A DNA stretch of 64,000 nucleotides from an uncultured Rhizobiaceae bacterium. Lineage in GTDB: Bacteria; Pseudomonadota; Alphaproteobacteria; Rhizobiales; Aestuariivirgaceae. Positions 41,392 to 51,501 of this stretch are shown piece after piece. The DNA lies in NCBI GenBank assembly GCA_964430935.1, contig CAYSHK010000082.1:9979-73978 (forward strand), given 5' to 3'. Position 1 is the first letter of the stretch. Every line of letters starts with the position of its first letter. A program made the translations under genes and the position numbers. Under the pieces are notes generated by a model. The model saw only the letters and a list, made by a program, of their open reading frames with translations, was not told the origin of the DNA and searched no databases.

Positions 41392-43494
41392 CTACGTACC
41401 GGCCCTTCCAACCATCTTCAGGCCGAAGGCATAGACGAGCGCCACGTCCTTCAGATGGTCGAAACGGCCCGGCTTGCCCGCATGGCCCGCTCCCATGTCC
41501 GTCTTCAGCAGCAGGGGGTTGTCGTCGCGTTTCCGCTCGCGCAGCCTCGCCACCCATTTCGCGGGTTCCCAGTAGGTCACGCGCGGATCCGTCAGGCCGG
41601 CGACGGCGAATATCGCCGGATATTCCTGCTCCCTGACGTTGTCGTAGGGGCTGTAGCTGGCGATGTTCAGATAGTCCGTCTTGCTCTCGATGGGATTGCC
41701 CCATTCCGGCCACTCCGGCGGAGTGAGCGGCAGAGAGGGATCCAGCATCGTGGCCAGCACGTCCACGAAGGGCACCTCCGCGATCACGGCGCGGAACAGT
41801 TCGGGTGCCATGTTGGCCACCGCCCCCATCAGCATGCCGCCCGCGGAGCCGCCCTGGGCGACGATGTTTCCCGCCGTCGTGTAGCCCTCCTCCGCGAGAT
41901 GCTCGGCCACGGAAATGAAGTCGCGGAAGGTGTTCACCTTGTGCTCCCGCTTGCCCATCCGGTACCAGCGGTATCCCTTGTCCTTCCCCCCGCGCACGTG
42001 GGCGATGGCGTAGATGACGCCGCGGTCCACGAGCGAAAGGCGTGCGGTGGAGAAGGCCGCGGGGATGGTGATGCCGTACGCGCCGTAGCCGTAGAGCCAC
42101 AGGGGGGCCGATCCGTCCATGGGGGTGTCCCTGTGCCACAGCAGGGTGACCGGTATCCTCTCGCCGTCGTGGGCGGGCGCGAAGATGCGCCGGGTCACGT
42201 AGTCCTCCGGATCGTGGCCGGATGGCACCTCCTGCTCCTTGCGCAGGATACGCTCGCGGGTCGTCATGTCGTAGTCGCAGGTGCGCTGCGGCGTGGTCAT
42301 GGAGGAATAGGTGAAGCGCAGCAGCGTGGTGTCGAAGTCCAGCGACGCGGCGGACAGTCCGAGGGAATAGGCGTCCTCGGAAAAGGCGATCTCGTGCTCC
42401 CTGCCCGTGTGCAGGTCGGTGACCACGATGGCCGGCAGGCCGTTCTCGCGCTCCAGTCTGGCCATGTGCCCGGACGTCACCATGTGGGAAAGGATCAACC
42501 GTCCCTCGCGATGGGCCACGAGATCCCGCCAATGCTCGCGCCCCGGCGTCTCCACCGCCGTCATGGCGATGCGGAAGTCCTCCGCCCCGCCGGCGTTGGT
42601 GCGGATGTACAGCGTGCCGTGCGCCTCCTCCACGTCGTATTCGACTCCCGGATCCCTCGGCGCGACGAGCATCGGTTCCGCCATGGGATCGTCCGCGGGG
42701 ATCAGACGGATCTCCGACGTCTCGTGGTCGTGCGCGTCGATCAGAACGAAACGCCGCGACGTCGTCCTGCCGATGGAGACGAAGAAGCCCGGATCCTCCT
42801 CCTCGTAGACCAGGACGTCCCCGGCCGGATCCGTGCCCAGCCGGTGTCTGTAGACCTTCGAGGGCCTGTGGTTGTCGTCCAGGCGCACGTAGAACAGATG
42901 CCGGCCGTCCTCGGCCCAGACCACGGATCCCCCGGTATCGCGGATCACCGTGCCGGTGTCCTCGCCGCTTTCGAGATCGCGGATGTGGAGATCGTAGTAT
43001 TCGGAGCCCCGCAGGTCGGCGCTCCAGGCCAGCCACCGGTGATCCGGAGAATGCTCGGCCGCGCCAAGGCGGAAGAAGTCGTGCCCGCGCGCCTCCCGTT
43101 CGGCGTCGAGCAGCACGGTCTCCTCCCCCCCGTCCCGCGGCAGGCGCACCACGCGCGGGTGCTGGGCCCCCTCCACGTAGCGGAAGGCATAGGCCCACGG
43201 GCCGTCGGTCACGGGCACGGAGCTGTCGTCCTCCCTGATCCGCCCCTTCATCTCCGCGAACAGCTTCCGGCGCAGCTCGGCGGTATCCGCCATCTGCGCC
43301 TCCTGCCAGGCGTTCTCCGCTTCCAGATAGGCCCGGATGTCCGCCGGCAGGGCGTCGGGATCCTTCATGACCTCCCGCCAGTTTTCGGCGCGCAGCCATG
43401 CATAGTCGTCGATGCGCTCGATGCCGTGATGGACGGTCTTCACCGGGCGCTTCTCGGCCCGGGGCGGGCGAAGGTCGCTCATGTCGTCACTCAC
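41392..43494 (-). CDS. ptrB: Oligopeptidase B (S9A prolyl oligopeptidase family)
   Basis: 700 aa. N-terminal beta-propeller region. Catalytic GGSAGG motif ([13 protein letters not shown]) and C-terminal D/H region. Confidence 0.85.
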   Translation of the reverse strand: MSDDMSDLRPPRAEKRPVKTVHHGIERIDDYAWLRAENWREVMKDPDALPADIRAYLEAENAWQEAQMADTAELRRKLFAEMKGRIREDDSSVPVTDGPWAYAFRYVEGAQHPRVVRLPRDGGEETVLLDAEREARGHDFFRLGAAEHSPDHRWLAWSADLRGSEYYDLHIRDLESGEDTGTVIRDTGGSVVWAEDGRHLFYVRLDDNHRPSKVYRHRLGTDPAGDVLVYEEEDPGFFVSIGRTTSRRFVLIDAHDHETSEIRLIPADDPMAEPMLVAPRDPGVEYDVEEAHGTLYIRTNAGGAEDFRIAMTAVETPGREHWRDLVAHREGRLILSHMVTSGHMARLERENGLPAIVVTDLHTGREHEIAFSEDAYSLGLSAASLDFDTTLLRFTYSSMTTPQRTCDYDMTTRERILRKEQEVPSGHDPEDYVTRRIFAPAHDGERIPVTLLWHRDTPMDGSAPLWLYGYGAYGITIPAAFSTARLSLVDRGVIYAIAHVRGGKDKGYRWYRMGKREHKVNTFRDFISVAEHLAEEGYTTAGNIVAQGGSAGGMLMGAVANMAPELFRAVIAEVPFVDVLATMLDPSLPLTPPEWPEWGNPIESKTDYLNIASYSPYDNVREQEYPAIFAVAGLTDPRVTYWEPAKWVARLRERKRDDNPLLLKTDMGAGHAGKPGRFDHLKDVALVYAFGLKMVGRAGT

Positions 43495-43886
43495 CTTTCG
43501 TCGGCGGTCTCATCCGGTCGGAAGTCCAGGGCGAGGCCGTTTATGCAGAAGCGCAGTCCCGTGGGGCGCGGGCCGTCCGGGAACACGTGTCCGAGATGGG
43601 CGTCGCAGGACGCGCAGCGGACCTCGATGCGCCGCATGCCATGGGAGAGATCCTCCAGCTCCTTCAACGCGCCTTCCGAATGCGGCCTGAAGAAACTCGG
43701 CCAGCCGGAACCGGAATCGTACTTGGAATCGGAGGAGAAAAGCGGCGCGCCGCAGACCACGCAATGATACGTTCCCCGCCGCTTCTCCGCGTTGTAGGGG
43801 TGGGAGAAGGGAGGCTCGGTTCCGCACAGCTGCGTGACCCGGTACTGCTCCTCCGTGAGTTTTCTGCGAATCCCATCGTCGGCCAT
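43491..43886 (-). CDS. msrB: Peptide-methionine (R)-S-oxide reductase
   Basis: 131 aa. CxxC pairs ([21 protein letters not shown]) and the GWPSF motif. 4-nt overlap with ptrB. Confidence 0.93.
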   Translation of the reverse strand: MADDGIRRKLTEEQYRVTQLCGTEPPFSHPYNAEKRRGTYHCVVCGAPLFSSDSKYDSGSGWPSFFRPHSEGALKELEDLSHGMRRIEVRCASCDAHLGHVFPDGPRPTGLRFCINGLALDFRPDETADER

Positions 43887-44069
43887 GCGTCGAGCATACC
43901 GCGAGCCCCGCGCAAGGCAAACCGTTTATCCACCATGCAGGGAACACGCGGCACGGGCATGGCCTTAAGTCATTTTTCACCACCTTGCTGCTAGGCTGCG
44001 CGCGGAAAGGGCGAGGCACGGGGAAAGGGAACACGGGAGGGGCTCCATCGCGGCAACCAAGCGGGGCTG

Positions 44070-46157
44070 GTGGCATTGGCTGACAAGGAAAAGACGGACA
44101 ACACTCGGCGGCGTCTGTTCCGTGGTGCGTCCCGGGCTCATGGCACCCCCGTCTTCGGCGGGGGCGACGGCGTTCGCGGAAGCGGACCGGCTCCCTTCGC
44201 ATCCGCCTTCCGCGTGGCCGCGCCCGTGACGGCCGTCCCCGGCGCCTCCGTTCGGCCCGCTATGGAAATCCCCCCGTCCGGCACACCCTGCGCGCCTTCC
44301 ACCACCATGCCCGCCGGACCGGAGAAGGCAACCTCTCCCGTCGCGCCGAGCACCCCGCCGACACGGGATCCATCGCCCATCGCCCCGGGAGATCCCGGCA
44401 TTCCCGCGCCGCTTCCGCCACCCTCCGCCCCGGAGCCGACGGCCGCGCCCGCCGGAGAGAGCTCCGTCCCCGATGCCCACGACGCCCGACGGCATCAGGC
44501 CGCCACCTGCGCTCCATATCCCGGCAGGCCCCCGTCGCCCCTGTCGCCGGCCGTGATGCCACAGGCCGAACCACGACCCGGCCAGGCCCTTTCCGGTGAT
44601 GCCGCGGAAGGACATGGGGCGTCCGGCGGGACCTCCGCTCCGGCCGCAGGGGACGGACATGCCGATGCCGGGGGAAACGGGAACAGGGAGAAGGAGCACG
44701 TCGCGGCTTCGCTGCTGGACATTCTCGCCCAGCCGGACAGCGCCATCAATCCCCATATCAGGGCCATGGCGCTGGATGCGCTCCAGGCCCTGCTGCCGGA
44801 AATCGGCACGCCCGGTTTCCTGCGCACTCTGGCCAGACGGCTCTGCCTGATGGAACGCCCGCCGGCCTCCCTGCTGCGCACGCTCCTTTCCGGGAACGAC
44901 CGGGAGATCGTCGGCACGCTGCTTCTGGACGCCCGCATGCCGGAAAGTCTGCTCGTGGAAATCGCCGAACGCAGCGGTCCCGAGGTCCTCGGCGTCCTGG
45001 CGCGCAGACGCAGGCTGTCCACGGCGGTCTGCAACGCCCTGCTGAAACGCGACGATCCGGAAGTCATGCTGGAGCTGCTGCGCAACCGCAACGCGGTGAT
45101 CGAGGAGCACGGATACTGGGCCGTGGTCCGCCGCGCGCGCCACGAACCCGGCCTGCACGCTCCGCTCGTCACGAGGGAGGACCTGCCGGCCGCGGTGGCC
45201 TTCGATCTGTTCTGGCATCTGCCGCCGATGCAGAGGCGTTTCGTGATTTCCAGATTCGTCAGCGACTCCGACATGCTGGACCGGATTCTGCGGATCGCCA
45301 GACCCGCCGCGGACGGGCTCGACGCCACGGACCGGGCCATGCATATCGAGACCATGATCTCCATGATCTGCGACGGCGAGACCGAAGCGGCGGCAAGGCG
45401 GCTCTCCCGTCTCACCGGAATGCATCCGGACGCCTGCGGACGCATCGTCTCGGACGCCTCCGGCGAGGGACTGACCATCACCCTCAAGGCGCTGGGCCTC
45501 CAGCGCCGGGTCTTCACCGATGTCATCGAGCGCATCCGCAGCGCTCCGGCCGCACCCCTGGACGGCCGCCGGGACATGGAGGAACTGCGGATCCTGTTCG
45601 ACACGCTTTCCACCAACAAGAGCTGGGTCATGCTCACCTACTGGGACTGGTCCGCACGCGGCATCGGCCCCTACTCCGACCGCGAGGAGGCGGCCGGAGA
45701 TCCCCGTGGCGTCGCCCTGCCCGGAGCGGAAGCGGAGACCTCCGGCGGCGAAACCGTCCCCGCCGTGGAGTCCGCCGGCGGAACGGAGCGGCAGGAGACT
45801 TCCGGAGCCGCCCCCCACGCAACCGGACCGGAGCCTGCCGGGGCGGCGGGGGAGATGCCGGCGGATGCGGAGAAGGAGGAACCTTCGGCGAAGAACCGCG
45901 GAGAGCCGGAAGGGGGCATGGAGTCGACGAAGGGGCCGGAGCGGCCGGAGGCGGAGGAATCCGGAGCCGGAGAGGCGACGGCTTCCCCTTCCATGGAAGA
46001 GGGGGAGCCGGACGGCACCGAAGCGGAGCGGGACGGGGAGGAGGACCTGCCCGACGACCCGCTGGCGCGCATCGACGCCCTGCTGCGTCAGCTCCAGAGG
46101 GCCGCGCGCGGAGGCGACGACCGCGAAGGTGGGGAAAGGGAAGGGAAAGTGGCCTGA
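44070..46157 (+). CDS. DUF2336-like protein with Pro-rich N-terminal and acidic C-terminal extensions
   Basis: GTG start at 44070; the true start is uncertain. The central ~340 aa (about 44680-45700) resemble the alphaproteobacterial DUF2336 helical-repeat family (from memory). The flanks are low complexity. Confidence 0.5.
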   Translation: MALADKEKTDNTRRRLFRGASRAHGTPVFGGGDGVRGSGPAPFASAFRVAAPVTAVPGASVRPAMEIPPSGTPCAPSTTMPAGPEKATSPVAPSTPPTRDPSPIAPGDPGIPAPLPPPSAPEPTAAPAGESSVPDAHDARRHQAATCAPYPGRPPSPLSPAVMPQAEPRPGQALSGDAAEGHGASGGTSAPAAGDGHADAGGNGNREKEHVAASLLDILAQPDSAINPHIRAMALDALQALLPEIGTPGFLRTLARRLCLMERPPASLLRTLLSGNDREIVGTLLLDARMPESLLVEIAERSGPEVLGVLARRRRLSTAVCNALLKRDDPEVMLELLRNRNAVIEEHGYWAVVRRARHEPGLHAPLVTREDLPAAVAFDLFWHLPPMQRRFVISRFVSDSDMLDRILRIARPAADGLDATDRAMHIETMISMICDGETEAAARRLSRLTGMHPDACGRIVSDASGEGLTITLKALGLQRRVFTDVIERIRSAPAAPLDGRRDMEELRILFDTLSTNKSWVMLTYWDWSARGIGPYSDREEAAGDPRGVALPGAEAETSGGETVPAVESAGGTERQETSGAAPHATGPEPAGAAGEMPADAEKEEPSAKNRGEPEGGMESTKGPERPEAEESGAGEATASPSMEEGEPDGTEAERDGEEDLPDDPLARIDALLRQLQRAARGGDDREGGEREGKVA

Positions 46158-46178
46158 GGAGGGCCGCGCCGCGTTCCG

Positions 46179-47195
46179 TCAGCTCACGCGGGCGATGCAG
46201 AAATCCACGGCCTCGACGAGGGCGTCCCGCGCCGCGCTCTCCGGAAAGATGCCCAGCGCGTCCCTGGCGATTGCGCCGTAGTGGCGGGCCCGCTCGATGG
46301 TGTCGGCGATGGCCTGATGGCGCTCCATGAGCTCCAGCGCATGCTCCAGATCGCCATCCTTCTGGTCGCCATCCTCCATGACCCGTTTCCAGAAGGCGCG
46401 CTCCCCGTCCGTGCCGCGCCGGTACGACAGCACCACGGGCAGAGTGATCTTGCCTTCCCGGAAATCGTCGCCCACGGCCTTGCCCAGCTTGTCCTGCTCG
46501 CCGGCGTAGTCCAGGGCGTCGTCCACCAGCTGGAAGGCGATGCCGAGGTTCCGTCCATAGGATTCCAGCGCCTCCTGCTCCTTCGCGGGACGCTCGGCGA
46601 CCACGGCCCCGAGTTCGGCGGCGGCCGAGAACAGTGCCGCCGTCTTGGCGTTGATGACCTGCATGTAGGCGTCTTCCGTGGTGGAGACGTCGTGCTGGGC
46701 GGCGAGCTGGAGCACCTCGCCCTCGGCGATGATCGCCGCCGCGTTGGACATGATGCGCAGGGCCTCCATGAGGCCGGTGTCGACAAGCATCTTGAAGGCC
46801 TGCCCGAGCAGGTAGTCGCCCACCAGCACGGAGGCCTGGTTGCCCCAGATGAGACGCGCCGCCTTGCGGCCGCGGCGGTAGTCACTTTCGTCCACCACGT
46901 CGTCGTGCAGAAGGGTGGCCGTGTGCATGAACTCCACGGCGGTGGCCAGCGGAATGTGCTTCTCGCCCCGATAGTCGAACATCAGCGCGGAGGCGATGGT
47001 CAGCATGGGGCGCAGGCGCTTGCCGCCGGAATTGATCAGATGTCCCGCCAGCTCCGGTATCATGTCCACGTGAGAGTGGGCATGGGCGAGGATCGTCTCG
47101 TTGATCTTCTCCATGTCGTCGGCGACAAGTTCCAGCAGGGGGGCCAGCGATGCCCTGCCGCCATCCTTGTCTCCGAACGGAACCACTACACCCAT
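46179..47195 (-). CDS. ispB: Octaprenyl/polyprenyl diphosphate synthase
   Basis: First DDxxD motif LLHDDVVDESDYRRG and second motif FQLVDDALDY. 338 aa. Confidence 0.9.
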   Translation of the reverse strand: MGVVVPFGDKDGGRASLAPLLELVADDMEKINETILAHAHSHVDMIPELAGHLINSGGKRLRPMLTIASALMFDYRGEKHIPLATAVEFMHTATLLHDDVVDESDYRRGRKAARLIWGNQASVLVGDYLLGQAFKMLVDTGLMEALRIMSNAAAIIAEGEVLQLAAQHDVSTTEDAYMQVINAKTAALFSAAAELGAVVAERPAKEQEALESYGRNLGIAFQLVDDALDYAGEQDKLGKAVGDDFREGKITLPVVLSYRRGTDGERAFWKRVMEDGDQKDGDLEHALELMERHQAIADTIERARHYGAIARDALGIFPESAARDALVEAVDFCIARVS

Positions 47196-47330
47196 AATTC
47201 CTGATCCCTTTCGCTTGCGGGTACCGGCGCATACCTATAAGGGCGAAAACGGACAACAGCAAGCGCGACCTATGGCCGCCAGAATACATTTCTGCTATGC
47301 TGAACGCGAGTCCGTGTCTCCCCTTCACGT

Positions 47331-47558
47331 ATGATCATGCGAGAGATACTCAGAACGAACGATCCCGTCCTTCTTTCCTACGCGCAGCATCTGCTCTCGG
47401 AACGGAACGTGCGGGCTCTCGTGTTCGATCAGAACATTTCCGCCGTCGAAGGCTCCATCTGCGCCTTTCCCAGACGCCTCATGGTGCGGGACGAGGACGT
47501 GGCGCGGGCCCGCACGGCCCTCATGGAGATCCGTCAGCATCTGACGGAGCAGGAGTAG
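47331..47558 (+). CDS. DUF2007-like small protein
   Basis: 75 aa. Conserved alphaproteobacterial neighbour lying between ispB and the N6-adenine methyltransferase (from memory). Confidence 0.6.
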   Translation: MIMREILRTNDPVLLSYAQHLLSERNVRALVFDQNISAVEGSICAFPRRLMVRDEDVARARTALMEIRQHLTEQE

Positions 47559-47564
47559 ACCGGC

Positions 47565-48332
47565 ATGGACAGTGCCACTGACGTCTTCAGCGACGACGGC
47601 TTTCTGGACGGCAGACTGAAGATTCTCCAGCCGCGGAAGGGCTTCCGCGCGGGAGTGGATTCGGTGTTCCTCGCCGCCGCGGTTCCGGCCCGTCCGGGAG
47701 ACACCGTCTTCGAGGCCGGAACGGGCCCCGGCGTCGCCGCCCTGTGCCTCGCCGCGCGCGTCCCCGACCTCCAGATCACCGGCGTGGAGGAAAACCCCAC
47801 CTACGCCATGCTCGCGGAGAAGAACGCCGCGCGGAACGCCCTGGGCGGAACGCTGCGCGTCATCCGGGGAGACATCCGCAACGCGCTGAAGCCGGACATC
47901 GCCGGCATGCCGGAGCAGAACACCTTCCAGCACGCCTTCGCCAATCCGCCCTACTTCGAGGAGGGCACCGTCATGGAGCCCCGCTCCTCCCTGCGCAGCA
48001 GGGCCCATGTCTTCGGCCCGGAGGACCTCGATCTCTGGGTGAAGGCGATGACCGCCATGGTGGTGCACCGCGGCACGGTGACGGTCATCTATCCGGCCCG
48101 CTTTCTCGACCGGCTGCTGGGCGCCTTCTCCGCCCGTCTGGGCGGCATCCGCATCGCCCCGCTGCACCCCAGGGCCGGCGCGCCCGCCTCGCGCGTGATC
48201 ATCCAGGGCACGAAGGGATCGCGGGAGCCCGTCCGCGTGCTTCCGGGCATGATCCTGCACGACGTGACCGGTGATTTCACCGTTCCCGCCCGGCGCATCC
48301 TGCGCAAGGGCGATCCCTTTCCGATGGGCTGA
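47565..48332 (+). CDS. SAM-dependent N6-adenine methyltransferase (tRNA1(Val) m6A37 YfiC/TrmN6-like)
   Basis: SAM motif VFEAGTGPGVAAL and catalytic NPPY motif (FANPPYFEEG). Confidence 0.75.
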   Translation: MDSATDVFSDDGFLDGRLKILQPRKGFRAGVDSVFLAAAVPARPGDTVFEAGTGPGVAALCLAARVPDLQITGVEENPTYAMLAEKNAARNALGGTLRVIRGDIRNALKPDIAGMPEQNTFQHAFANPPYFEEGTVMEPRSSLRSRAHVFGPEDLDLWVKAMTAMVVHRGTVTVIYPARFLDRLLGAFSARLGGIRIAPLHPRAGAPASRVIIQGTKGSREPVRVLPGMILHDVTGDFTVPARRILRKGDPFPMG

Positions 48333-48413
48333 TCCCCGCCGCGACCAGCCCCGCCCATCCGCCCGGACGGAACGTCCGCCATGCGGAATATGCCCTGCCG
48401 CCGCACTTGCCTC

Positions 48414-48441
48414 TCGACAAGGGCATTAGCATCGCTAATAT
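48414..48441 (+). promoter_or_regulatory. Sigma70-like promoter with embedded palindrome, immediately upstream of the HTH-ribBX ORF
   Basis: TCGACA (48414-48419), N16, TAATAT (48436-48441). The palindrome ATTAGC-atc-GCTAAT (48425-48439) overlaps the -10. The ATG at 48449 lies only 7 nt after the -10 hexamer. Confidence 0.45.
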
Positions 48442-48448
48442 CAGCGCC

Positions 48449-49765
48449 ATGAAACTGGCGGAGTGGCTGAAAAGGACGGGCACCACCCAGGCAGCGCTGG
48501 CCGAGGCGATCGGCGTCAGCCAGGGCCGGATCTCGCAGATCGTGGCGGGAGACGCGCCCTCCCTCGAAGTGGCCATCCGCATCGAAAGGGCGACGAAAGG
48601 CCGTGTCAAACCGGCCGACCTCGCCGCAAGGGAGACAGATCTCATGATGAATCCGCAGGCCAATCCGGATCTGGACAGCGTGGACGATGCACTGGACGCC
48701 ATCCGGCGCGGCGAAATGGTCGTCGTGGTGGACGACGACGACCGCGAGAACGAGGGGGACCTGATCGCCGCGGCGAGCCGCATCACGCCGGAGCAGATGG
48801 CCTTCATGATCCGCCACACCTCCGGCATCATCTGCGCGCCGATGACGCAGGAGGATGCCCGCCGCCTGAATCTGGAACCGATGGTGGCCACCAACGACGC
48901 CCCCCTTTCCACCGCCTTCACGGTTTCGGTGGACTACCGCGAGGGGCTGACGACGGGCATTTCCGCCGCGGAGCGGACCGCGACCGTCCACGCCCTTGCC
49001 AATCCCAACGTCCAGGCGTCCGACTTCGTGCGCCCCGGGCACGTCTTTCCGCTGGTGGCCCGGCCCGGTGGCGTACTGATCCGCTCCGGCCACACCGAGG
49101 CCGCCGTGGATCTCTGCCGCCTCGCCGGAGAGACGCCCGTCGGCGTCATTTCCGAGCTGGTCAACGACGACGGCACGGTGAAGCGCGGGCCGGAAGTGCT
49201 GGCGTTCGCGCGCGAGCACGGCCTGAAGATCATCTCCGTGGCCGATCTCATCGCCTACCGCAGGGCGCGCGAGCGTCTCGTGGAACGGCTGGACGAATTC
49301 GAGCTGGAAACGCCGGCCGGGCATGCCCGGGCCATCAGCTACGCCACGCCCTTCGATCCGGTCCAGCACCTCGCGCTCGTCGTCGGGCAGATCGGAGACG
49401 GACGGGACGTACTCGTGCGTCTGCACCGGGAGAACGTCCTGGAGGACGTATTCGGCTCCCGCAGGACGCTGAACCGCGTCTTCGAGAAGTTCCGGCAGGA
49501 GGGTGGCGGCGTGCTCGTGTACCTGCGCGAGGGCGCCACCGGCGTTCCCGCCTCGCCGCTGATCCAGCCGGAGGAGAGGGAGAACACCGGCAGCGCGCAG
49601 GCGCGTGACAAAGCCTGGCGGGAGGTGGGACTCGGCGCGCAGATCCTGCGCGATCTGGGCTGCAAGTCCATCCGGCTCATGGCGTCCTCGGAACGCCACT
49701 ATGTCGGCCTCTCCGGATTCGGCATCGAGATTTCCGAGACGATTCTGGACGGCGAGAGCGAATAG
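48449..49765 (+). CDS. ribB: Cro/YdaS-type HTH domain in frame with RibBX-type 3,4-dihydroxy-2-butanone-4-phosphate synthase / degenerate GTP cyclohydrolase II-like domain
   Basis: HTH: [34 protein letters not shown]...[21 protein letters not shown]: [15 protein letters not shown]...HTEAAVDL. The C-terminal GCHII-like domain lacks the zinc Cys ligands ([14 protein letters not shown]). An internal ATG at 48644 is preceded by AAGGGAGA, so a shorter RibBX-only product (48644..49765) is equally supported. Confidence 0.75.
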   Translation: MKLAEWLKRTGTTQAALAEAIGVSQGRISQIVAGDAPSLEVAIRIERATKGRVKPADLAARETDLMMNPQANPDLDSVDDALDAIRRGEMVVVVDDDDRENEGDLIAAASRITPEQMAFMIRHTSGIICAPMTQEDARRLNLEPMVATNDAPLSTAFTVSVDYREGLTTGISAAERTATVHALANPNVQASDFVRPGHVFPLVARPGGVLIRSGHTEAAVDLCRLAGETPVGVISELVNDDGTVKRGPEVLAFAREHGLKIISVADLIAYRRARERLVERLDEFELETPAGHARAISYATPFDPVQHLALVVGQIGDGRDVLVRLHRENVLEDVFGSRRTLNRVFEKFRQEGGGVLVYLREGATGVPASPLIQPEERENTGSAQARDKAWREVGLGAQILRDLGCKSIRLMASSERHYVGLSGFGIEISETILDGESE

Positions 49766-49792
49766 CTCCCGTCCACATCCCAACCGGACCGC

Positions 49793-49825
49793 GAACGGGG
49801 CGGAACCGCCGGTTCCGCCCCGTTC
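49793..49825. terminator. Perfect 15-bp hairpin between the convergent ribBX and uracil permease genes
   Basis: GAACGGGGCGGAACC-gcc-GGTTCCGCCCCGTTC. No strong T-tract on either side, so it may be a bidirectional terminator or an RNA-stability element. Confidence 0.5.
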
Positions 49826-49892
49826 CGCCGTCTTCATCCACTCTGTTCCGCCGACACGGCGCCCCCTTCCGGAGCCCTTCCGCCGGCGGGGG

Positions 49893-51179
49893 CTAGTTGC
49901 CGTCCTCCTGCGCCGCGGCGGCATCCCTGCGGCCGGGCAGGATCAGGTTGAGCAGCACGCCGACCACGCCCGCGAGCCCGATGCCGCCGAGGGCGAAGTC
50001 GCCGTAGGTCAGCTTCAGTCCGCCGATGCCCGTCACCAGGATGAGCGCCACGATGGCGAGGTTGCGCGGCTGCGTCAGGTCGTGCCGGGCCTGCACCAGG
50101 GAATTGAGGCCCACTACCGTGATGGCGCCGAACAGCAGCATGAGGATGCCGCCCATGACCGGCGTCGGGATGGTGGCGAGAACGGCGCCCAGCTTGCCCA
50201 CGAAGGCGAGCACGATGGCCCAGATCGCGGCCCAGGTCATGATGGCGGGATTGTAGGCCCTGGTCAGGGTCACCGCACCCGTGACCTCCGAGTACGTGGT
50301 GTTGGGCGGACCGCCGAGCAGGGAGGCCACGGAGGTGGCGATACCGTCGCCCAGCATGGTGTTCTCGATGCCCGGATCCTTCAGGTAGTCCTTTCCGGTG
50401 ACCTGCCCGATGGCGATGATGTCGCCGAAATGCTCGATGGCAGGCGCCAGCGCCACGGGCAGGATGAACAGGATGGCGTTCCAGTTGAATTCCGGGAAGG
50501 TGAAACTGGGGACCGCCAGCCACGGAGCCTTGGCGATGGGATCGAAATTCACGACGTCGTAGCCCATGAAGTCCATGACGATGGCGGCCAGATAGCCCAC
50601 CGCCGCGCCGGTGATGATGGGCACCACGCGCAGCAGTCCCCTGCCCTTGATGGCGACGAGCACCGTGGTGGTCAGCGAGATGGCCGCCAGGACCAGCGCC
50701 GGCCCGATGTCGACGAGCTTCGCGGTTCCGTCGCCCGTCTTGCCGAGCGCCAGATTGACGGCCACCGGCGCGAGGATGAGGCCGATCACCATGATGACGG
50801 GGCCGGTCACGACCCGCGGCAGGAAGCGCTCCAGCCAGGCGCTGCCGCGGATGCGGACGATGGTGGAAAGCACCACGTAGACGAGGCCGGCCGCGGCCAG
50901 ACCGCCGAGCGTGGCGGCCAGCCCCCACTTGCCCTTGGCGACGATGATCGGAGAGATGAAGGCGAACGACGAGGCCAGGAAGACCGGCACCTTTCCCCGG
51001 GTGATGACCTGGAAGATCAGGGTGCCGAGGCCCGCGGTGAAGAGGGCCACGTTCGGATCCAGCCCGGTCAGGATGGGAACCAGGACCAGGGCGCCGAAGG
51101 CGACGAACAGCATCTGGCCGCCGATGAACCACTGGTCCGGATGAAACCGGTATTCCGGCTGCGAGAAATCCTTGTGCAT
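49893..51179 (-). CDS. uraA: Uracil/xanthine permease (NCS2 family)
   Basis: 428 aa from MHKDFSQPE (ATG at 51179). Polytopic, with NCS2-type motifs (QMLFVAFGALVLVPILTG, GDGIATSVASLLGGPPNTTYSE). Divergent from upp. Confidence 0.8.
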   Translation of the reverse strand: MHKDFSQPEYRFHPDQWFIGGQMLFVAFGALVLVPILTGLDPNVALFTAGLGTLIFQVITRGKVPVFLASSFAFISPIIVAKGKWGLAATLGGLAAAGLVYVVLSTIVRIRGSAWLERFLPRVVTGPVIMVIGLILAPVAVNLALGKTGDGTAKLVDIGPALVLAAISLTTTVLVAIKGRGLLRVVPIITGAAVGYLAAIVMDFMGYDVVNFDPIAKAPWLAVPSFTFPEFNWNAILFILPVALAPAIEHFGDIIAIGQVTGKDYLKDPGIENTMLGDGIATSVASLLGGPPNTTYSEVTGAVTLTRAYNPAIMTWAAIWAIVLAFVGKLGAVLATIPTPVMGGILMLLFGAITVVGLNSLVQARHDLTQPRNLAIVALILVTGIGGLKLTYGDFALGGIGLAGVVGVLLNLILPGRRDAAAAQEDGN

Positions 51180-51501
51180 GACGATTGCATCCCTGTGCAG
51201 AAAGCCTCCCCTCAAGCCCCCGACAGAGCGCGGGCCTGCACGACAGGTTTCCGGCGGGAATCCCCCGAAGCCGCTGGAAACCGCCTCGAACGGAAAGCCT
51301 AGGCGCGGCATCACCGTGCGTTCAAGCGGATTGTCGCTATTTTCCAAGGCTTTCGCACATCACGTCGGGGCAGGATGCGCACAGTTGTTGACAATCCTGC
51401 CGCCATGCTGGCGCACCGGCCGGCGGCTGCTATGATCCGGGCGTGGGCGACGCCTCCTCCGCCCCTCACACCGGAGCCACCATTCAACGGAATTTCGAGC
51501 C

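Noticed and set aside
48333-48448. Expected FMN (RFN) riboswitch upstream of the ribB-type gene.
   Set aside because: The 116-nt region is too short and lacks the conserved RFN core segments that I know. A promoter plus palindrome is present instead.
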